The position numbers were made by a program, and so were the translations under genes. Below the pieces are notes generated by a model, which saw only the letters and a list, made by a program, of their open reading frames with translations, had not been told where the DNA came from and ran no database searches. A stretch of DNA of 12,537 nucleotides from a virus: the UHGV virus genome UHGV-0814049. One strand, given 5' to 3'. Below, piece after piece: positions 7,171 through 12,537 of this stretch (position 1 is the stretch's first letter; each line of letters starts with the position of its first letter).

Positions 7171-9354
7171 TTACTGCTGTGGTTGTTGCTGAGTTGATTT
7201 TTGCAGGATGCTGTTGATGTCCATGCGCTGCGCATGACCCTGTGCCTGACTTTTCAGGACAAGCTCTGCATCAGCACGGGCATTGTCTCCTTGCTGTTGC
7301 TGGAACTGTCCGAGCAGTTTCAGAGCCTCGCGGATATCAGATTTCTGCTGACTATCGGCAGATGCGAGTATTTTCACAACATTTGCCGCTGCAACCTGAG
7401 CATCAGTCTGTGCCTGGAATGCTTTAACCTGAATGGCTGCCTGTTCGTTCTGCGCTTTCTGCAATTCAGCCTGACCAGCAAGAAGCTGACCTTGCGCTGC
7501 AACCATAGCCGGATCTGGCTGACTGGCCTGTTGTTGTTTCGCCTGTTCAACCATCTGCTGTTCTTCTGGCGTTCTCGGCTTGATAACTCCAGACAGAAGC
7601 AACTGATTGTGGTTGTATTCTTTAAGGTCGTCCATCCCTTCGCCGTCCATATTGTCGAGGATCATCGACGATACAAGGTCGTGTTTCGGCGTTCCGGGCG
7701 GGATAAGTGCCAGCATGGAAAGTAACGACTTAACCGTTGCATCACGGCGAGTAGCGAACGACTGACCGACATCGACAGTCACTTCATAGTTACCCTGCGA
7801 AAGGTCGTTAAGCGCGATAACCTGGCCTGTCTGACGGTCAACCACTTCACCAGTCATCAGCGCCACGTCATCGCTGCCGTCCTCATTAACGATACGCATC
7901 GGCGTATCGCTGCCATAGACTTCACGAGCCATAGAAAGCCACACAACGCCAGCGCGACGCATGGATTTAGCCATGTTGTCCATGTAGATATAGGACTGCG
8001 TATCCATCCGGTTAAAGATGCTATCAACGGTATCGGTGGCGACGTTGCTCGGCATGTTCTCAAGCTGCGACGCACCTGTTATTTGCTGAATAGCCGTTCC
8101 GGTGTACTGCAATAGCCCGGCAAGAGCTGGAGGCATTTGTGTCGGAGGCGTATAACTGCTGACCTGAGCCTGCGCAGTAATATCTCCGTTTTTGTTTTTC
8201 AGACTGACCATCGGCAGGAACGCCGGGCGATTTTTGTTGCGCTCCGCCCAATGAGTGGCAAGAGGACCAGGAATCATGTCAACATCAACTACAGGAATGC
8301 CATCGCCGCCAGCCTGAGTGGCGTTATCTGCAATCATGGAAACCATCAGGTTCTCAAGACGCTGTGCATCCATCGCTTTTGCAGCGTGGCCTTCGATTCG
8401 CTCCTGATTATCAACAAATGAGCGACGCCCATATACCGGGATGAGAGGAATATGTTCACCCGGAATACGCTTCGGTTCTTCCAGCCATTCAGCGCCAGAC
8501 AGAAGACCGCAATAAACGCGGCGCTTCTTCACCGTTCGCTCGCCAATCAGTTCGAATGCACCATCGGTCAGCTCGTCGACAATATCTTTGATTTGCTCTT
8601 CATCATAGATTGCCGTTTCTCCGCTAACAGGGTTGCGCCACGCCGTGAGCTTCACCTTCTCTATGCGAACTTCGTAGTAGCGTCCAACATAGATGGCATC
8701 GGGCGTTGACCAGTCATATTGAGTGCCAGTGTCATCACGAGAAAGGCTTGCCGCGATGGAATCAGGGTATTCAGCCTCGAACGCTTTAGGCGTCATGGAG
8801 AACATTTCCATAGCCCACATAGCATCAGAGCGGTCATATTGCTTGCTGTCCTGATCGAAGAAGACGCATGTCGCTGGGTCGTAAACAGGAAGAAGGCTGA
8901 TGCGTCGCTGCTCGTTACTCGGATCCATTTCATCTTCGTAATCGGCACACATGCGGAAACAACCGAATCCGCCCGTTACAGCATCATCAAATGCGTTATC
9001 ACACGCTTCGCCACCGGATGTTTCCTGATAGTCAGCGCGGAATTTGCCGTTCATCTTTTCGGCTAACGCTTCCGATGCCTTATCGTCCTTCGGCCTGAAT
9101 TTAACGCTGATGCGATTCTGTCGATACTCGCCAATGATGCGATCACATTCACGGGCAATCTTATTCAGTTCAAAGCGCGGATAATGCTCAAACCTGCCTT
9201 CATCAAATGAGTAACCAGCGTTTGTGCTGCCTTCCCACTGTGCGCCGGATACCCGGACGAAACGTTGAGCCTCAATAATCTGCTCACGCATATCCTGCGT
9301 TGCTGACCAGGCATTATCAAAGTTGCACAGCACCTTGCGATGCCAGTCAGTCAT
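7171..9354 (-). CDS. portal protein, P22 gp1 family (727 aa)
   Basis: Size matches P22 portal (~725 aa). Gln-rich C-terminal ~120 aa predicted helical extension (...QQMVEQAKQQQASQ...QQQPQQ) typical of P22-type portal barrels. Sits immediately downstream of large terminase. Confidence 0.9.
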   Translation of the reverse strand: MTDWHRKVLCNFDNAWSATQDMREQIIEAQRFVRVSGAQWEGSTNAGYSFDEGRFEHYPRFELNKIARECDRIIGEYRQNRISVKFRPKDDKASEALAEKMNGKFRADYQETSGGEACDNAFDDAVTGGFGCFRMCADYEDEMDPSNEQRRISLLPVYDPATCVFFDQDSKQYDRSDAMWAMEMFSMTPKAFEAEYPDSIAASLSRDDTGTQYDWSTPDAIYVGRYYEVRIEKVKLTAWRNPVSGETAIYDEEQIKDIVDELTDGAFELIGERTVKKRRVYCGLLSGAEWLEEPKRIPGEHIPLIPVYGRRSFVDNQERIEGHAAKAMDAQRLENLMVSMIADNATQAGGDGIPVVDVDMIPGPLATHWAERNKNRPAFLPMVSLKNKNGDITAQAQVSSYTPPTQMPPALAGLLQYTGTAIQQITGASQLENMPSNVATDTVDSIFNRMDTQSYIYMDNMAKSMRRAGVVWLSMAREVYGSDTPMRIVNEDGSDDVALMTGEVVDRQTGQVIALNDLSQGNYEVTVDVGQSFATRRDATVKSLLSMLALIPPGTPKHDLVSSMILDNMDGEGMDDLKEYNHNQLLLSGVIKPRTPEEQQMVEQAKQQQASQPDPAMVAAQGQLLAGQAELQKAQNEQAAIQVKAFQAQTDAQVAAANVVKILASADSQQKSDIREALKLLGQFQQQQGDNARADAELVLKSQAQGHAQRMDINSILQKSTQQQPQQ

Positions 9355-9369
9355 CTTTTTTCTGCCATA

Positions 9370-10785
9370 TCAACCTACACCACAAGGAATTGAGTAACTG
9401 GAATAGTCGGGTTGCGCAGCCGACTCCGGGCAATGCATACACATCATCAGCGCATCAGCCAGGTTAGGAGATGGAATACCGAGCTTCTGCTTCATATCGA
9501 CCTTAGTCATTAGCTCCAGCTTCCCGTTGTTATTGAATTTGCGCTGAATCTGCGTCAGTTCTGCAAACAGCTTCTCCAGCATATTCTCGCCTATCGCTTC
9601 TTTGTCGAAACTCAGCATGTCGTCGGGGTCTGCATACTCACCGTGGACAACCGCCCGATATGTCAGATACAGCCTGTCAGCCAGCACGTAATAGAATTGC
9701 GCTCGCTTATTGCGGAATATATCGCCAATAGTGCGAACGTTGTCGCCCTGTACGACTTCATCAGCCCATGCTCCGGCCTGATACGGTGCATCTTCATCGA
9801 ATGGCGATTCGCTGCCCTTGAACATCGTGGCGGTGATTTTCTTGCCGGAGAACGCTTCCGTTGTCTGTCTGCGTAGCCCGGCACCAACACCATCACCATC
9901 CCACAAGTAGTGGTCAGCGCCGTCTTCAATCGCCAGCGAAGTAGCCCAGTCAGCACCCTCGTTGATGTCCATCAGCAGACCTTCGGCAATGCGCTTAACT
10001 ACCGAACCGTGACGCGATGCATAACCTTTAGCATCTGGCCCTGTATCTGATGGGTCATGCGCAGAGACAACAGCGCCTTTCGCTTTCCATCCGAGTTTCT
10101 TGTGCGCATCGGTTGCGGCTTCAAGCCATTCACGTTTGATGATTGCCATATCACTTGCGCTTACTGGCTCACCAAGCCAGATGTGACGATACAGTGTCGG
10201 GTTTCTGCGTTTACACTCTTCCATCTCCAGACGGAGAACTTCAGGAAAGTGCGGGTTGTCGGTGTAGTTCACCGTCAGCAGACAAATATCATCAGGAGGG
10301 TTTACGACGAATCGCTGATAGGTATCGTCGAGGATGTTTTTCGGGTTGAAGCTCACCCATATTTCAGAGAACGGCTTACGGATGGTTGGTATCAGGATAT
10401 CCCACGATTCCTTTGTTACCGCTTCCGCTTCTTCCACCCAGCAGATATCAATACCTTCTAGCGATTTAATCTTCGTCGGGTTGTTTTTAATGCCGTAGAA
10501 CATGAATTCAGCATTCGTTCCGAGATGACGAATCATGGAACGCTGAATTTCAAACTCAGCCGAATACCCTTCCCGCTCTATGGTGTCTTCAAGCAACCGG
10601 ATTACCGAATCGCTGATACTGTTTTGCAGTTCACGAGCGCAGAGAATACGCACCGGCTGCCGACGCGCCGCTTCAACAAGCAGCCTCGCGATTGCCCATG
10701 ACTTACCGCTACCTCGACCGCCTTTGGCGACTTTATAGCGATGCGCCTCAATGAACGGTTCAAAGATAGGATTAATCGAGGTCAT
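9370..10785 (-). CDS. terminase large subunit (471 aa)
   Basis: N-terminal Walker A P-loop (KVAKGGRGSGKSW), then an ATPase region and a C-terminal nuclease-type region with conserved acidic residues. Start ATG overlaps the small-terminase stop (ATGA at 10782-10785). Length like Sf6-type TerL (~470 aa). Confidence 0.95.
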   Translation of the reverse strand: MTSINPIFEPFIEAHRYKVAKGGRGSGKSWAIARLLVEAARRQPVRILCARELQNSISDSVIRLLEDTIEREGYSAEFEIQRSMIRHLGTNAEFMFYGIKNNPTKIKSLEGIDICWVEEAEAVTKESWDILIPTIRKPFSEIWVSFNPKNILDDTYQRFVVNPPDDICLLTVNYTDNPHFPEVLRLEMEECKRRNPTLYRHIWLGEPVSASDMAIIKREWLEAATDAHKKLGWKAKGAVVSAHDPSDTGPDAKGYASRHGSVVKRIAEGLLMDINEGADWATSLAIEDGADHYLWDGDGVGAGLRRQTTEAFSGKKITATMFKGSESPFDEDAPYQAGAWADEVVQGDNVRTIGDIFRNKRAQFYYVLADRLYLTYRAVVHGEYADPDDMLSFDKEAIGENMLEKLFAELTQIQRKFNNNGKLELMTKVDMKQKLGIPSPNLADALMMCMHCPESAAQPDYSSYSIPCGVG

Positions 10786-11222
10786 TTTCCGAATAGAGTG
10801 CTCATCGGTGATGTTTCAATCTGGATTGCGCCGCCGTCTTTGCCTGTTAGCTCGTGATCAACCTTATCGCGCCATTTATCCTTCTGTCGGTTCTTAAGCC
10901 AGAAGATGGCGGCGGTTGTATCAGGCGGGTAATACTTCTCAAGCGGAGTTTCGACAATTCTGTTTTCAATAACACGAATATCGATGTCTGGAGCCACGAA
11001 GCCCATAGCGCGTTGATAAAGACGATCACTAACTTCTGCATCAGCGACGGCCTTACCCTTTTTTATGGACTCTAAAAACTCCGGATATTCCAATTTCCAA
11101 TTGTTGATTGTTGCCTCGCTAACTTCAAAGAAGTCCGCGAGTTCGGCGTCTGTATAGCCCAGCAAGCACAGTTTGCGTGCCTGTTCGGCATACGCCTCTT
11201 GATACTTCGTTGGGCGCGCCAT
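10782..11222 (-). CDS. terminase small subunit (146 aa)
   Basis: Immediately upstream of and translationally coupled to the large terminase. N-terminal HTH-like segment (LCLLGYTDAELADFFEVSEATINNW) typical of TerS DNA-binding domains. RBS GGAG upstream. Confidence 0.8.
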   Translation of the reverse strand: MARPTKYQEAYAEQARKLCLLGYTDAELADFFEVSEATINNWKLEYPEFLESIKKGKAVADAEVSDRLYQRAMGFVAPDIDIRVIENRIVETPLEKYYPPDTTAAIFWLKNRQKDKWRDKVDHELTGKDGGAIQIETSPMSTLFGK

Positions 11223-11224
11223 GT

Positions 11225-11467
11225 TTATGCTCCGGTAGTGAACAGGTCTAACGCTTCCTTCGATTTACGCACCGCTTCGATAGTGCGGGTCGTGATATCC
11301 GAATTAGCGCCGCCTGACTGGAAGTGAATTTTGAATAGCTCAAGCTTCAGTTCGTCAGTGCCGATGAATTGAAATGCTTCCTCTGCGGCTGCGTTCTGGT
11401 TCATGACCAGTTTGTAAATCTCTAACTGGAATTTCTGTTCTTCAGCCATGGGAATAATCTCTGCCAT
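11225..11467 (-). CDS. hypothetical protein (80 aa), translationally coupled to small terminase
   Basis: ATG at 11465-11467 with ACGGAG RBS 7 nt upstream. Stop (11225-11227) is 2 nt from the terS start (TAA-AC-ATG). Normal GC content. No recognisable domain. Confidence 0.6.
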   Translation of the reverse strand: MAEIIPMAEEQKFQLEIYKLVMNQNAAAEEAFQFIGTDELKLELFKIHFQSGGANSDITTRTIEAVRKSKEALDLFTTGA

Positions 11468-11714
11468 TGTTGGCTCCGTTTATCCGTTAAAAGGGATATC
11501 AGTTAAGTTATCCCGTGTAGGGTATAAGCCATTGTCGAGACCACTCATTGAATGGTCTCTGCAATAACCGATGTCTTTCCATCAGTCCGCCACCACAAAG
11601 AATCTTTTTTGCCATAAGGCTGGAGGTTCATCTCTCAGTGGCTGCCAGTGTTATTTCCCCACTTACTGGCTTGGGTTGTTTCGCTGTACTGCCGTTAATT
11701 GGTGAGTCCGGGGA

Positions 11715-12200
11715 TTATTTCAGTTCGTTACCAGGCATTTCTTTTAGCTCTTTCAAATGACAACGATTGAGACTAAACCACTCCCCGTGCGACCTATAGT
11801 TGTAATATTTTTGGTGCAATTTGGTTTCAAGCTCTCTATCGGCCGGAATCTTTGCAATTAGATTTAGCTTCCCACCACTCATGCGATATATCTCTGAAAT
11901 TCGTTTATTAACCCTGCGACTAAACCCTATTTTTGTTAGCCCACTATCTTCAGCATGCAGAACGTACACATATGATTTTTGCGAAGCACTGGGTGCGACT
12001 TTGTTGTAATTAATCATGTCAAACATGAAGCCTTGCTTTAGCAAAGTTTCAAAAAAGATAGAATTAACACACCCATTCCTTCTCAGCTCTGCACTTAGCT
12101 TGTCAATTTCCTCTATGATGTCGCCAGACCCCTTTCCACTTATAAGAAAATCTTGGTACATGCGACCAATTCTTGAGGTAATTTCAACAAAGTTATTCAT
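11715..12200 (-). CDS. T5orf172 / GIY-YIG-like domain protein (161 aa) in an AT-richer island; unknown N-terminal ~75 aa
   Basis: C-terminal half has YVYVLHAEDSGLTKIGFS ... R..KRISEI ... ELETKLHQKYYNYR ... GEWFSL, matching the conserved pattern of the T5orf172 domain (YxYxL-KIG-R-E-GEWF) as I recall it. The gene is visibly AT-rich with frequent AGA/AGG/ATA/AAA codons, unlike the flanking phage genes. Separated from the packaging operon by a ~250-nt noncoding gap. Confidence 0.75.
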   Translation of the reverse strand: MNNFVEITSRIGRMYQDFLISGKGSGDIIEEIDKLSAELRRNGCVNSIFFETLLKQGFMFDMINYNKVAPSASQKSYVYVLHAEDSGLTKIGFSRRVNKRISEIYRMSGGKLNLIAKIPADRELETKLHQKYYNYRSHGEWFSLNRCHLKELKEMPGNELK

Positions 12201-12393
12201 AGCGTTTACCTTTTAGAAAGATGAGCCTGTTCGCACAGAAAAGCCGTCCCCGAGATGGTCGCCACCATATACGGCAATTCTCAGGCTCAGCTTTCTGAAA
12301 GACTCGGGATTGTTACGCGCTGCGATGCGCGGTTTACTGCAGATGTAAAAAAGCCCCGCGAATACGAGGCTAAATCCTGGTATTTGTAATGAC

Positions 12394-12537
12394 TGGCTCT
12401 TATCTCAACGCAGCAACTCACAAGACGGGATCGTGAAAGAAATCAAAGGCGCGGACACGTTCATCTTTGGTCATACGCCAGCAGTGAAACCACTTAAATT
12501 TGCCAACCAAATGTATATCGATACCGGAGCAGTGTTC
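12394..12537 (+). pseudogene. 3' fragment of a lambda-type Ser/Thr protein phosphatase (NinI/PrpA family), lacking the catalytic N-terminus
   Basis: Plus frame reads ...[48 protein letters not shown] to the window end, matching the C-terminal region of lambda phosphatase as I recall it. The same frame has a TAA at 12346-12348 and no ATG upstream of the homologous part, so the metal-binding N-terminal motifs are absent. Confidence 0.6.

Larger units (their letters stand above)
1..11467 (-). mobile_element. P22-like prophage late (packaging/head/tail-accessory/ejection) module; continues past left window edge
   Basis: Uninterrupted minus-strand gene string in the gene order known for P22-like phages (3-2-1-8-5-4-10-26-14-7-20); 1-4 nt stop/start overlaps; translations recognisable as terminase, portal, coat, tail needle and others. 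Confidence 0.85.

Noticed and set aside
7201-7725. 174-aa plus-strand ORF (plus 7242..7427, 8137..8421, 8452..8709, 8719..9066) antisense to the portal gene
   Set aside because: Antisense to a conserved 727-aa portal gene; sequences look like random antisense translation.
10057-10461. 134-aa and 68-aa plus-strand ORFs (and 9643..9876 plus, 9663..9956 minus) inside the large terminase gene
   Set aside because: Embedded in the terminase coding region in other frames or the other strand; no independent support.
11548-11760. 70-aa plus-strand ORF spanning the intergenic gap and the 3' end of the T5orf172 gene
   Set aside because: No RBS, overlaps the opposite-strand gene end, and the translation is low-complexity; treated as chance ORF.
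1-12537. CRISPR arrays, tRNA or rRNA genes, IS elements
   Set aside because: I found no direct-repeat/spacer periodicity, no cloverleaf-compatible segments and no transposase-like ORF; detection by eye is imperfect, so tRNAscan or an IS search could still be run.

Overview
Nearly the whole window (1..11467) is the minus-strand late morphogenesis operon of a P22-like (short-tailed, lambdoid) prophage, in canonical order reading right to left: 80-aa ORF, small terminase, large terminase, portal, scaffold, coat, small ORF, gp4-like adaptor, gp10-like tail hub, gp26 tail needle, gp14-like, gp7-like and the start of a gp20-like ejection protein. Genes are tightly packed with overlapping stop/start codons. 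Calls rest on reading the supplied translations and hand-checking junctions; no database search was possible. Three things stand out. (1) The gp10 homolog is split into two ORFs by an apparent +1 frameshift near 3694-3700. (2) At the right end a visibly AT-richer island carries a standalone T5orf172/GIY-YIG-like protein gene where a lysis cassette would normally precede the terminase genes. (3) Beyond it, on the opposite strand, lie a NinH-like ORF remnant and a 5'-truncated lambda-type Ser/Thr phosphatase fragment, suggesting a composite or decaying prophage junction. The T5orf172 moron is the best candidate for an uncharacterised accessory function, but the sequence alone does not show a multi-gene system. 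No CRISPR array, tRNA or rRNA was seen.
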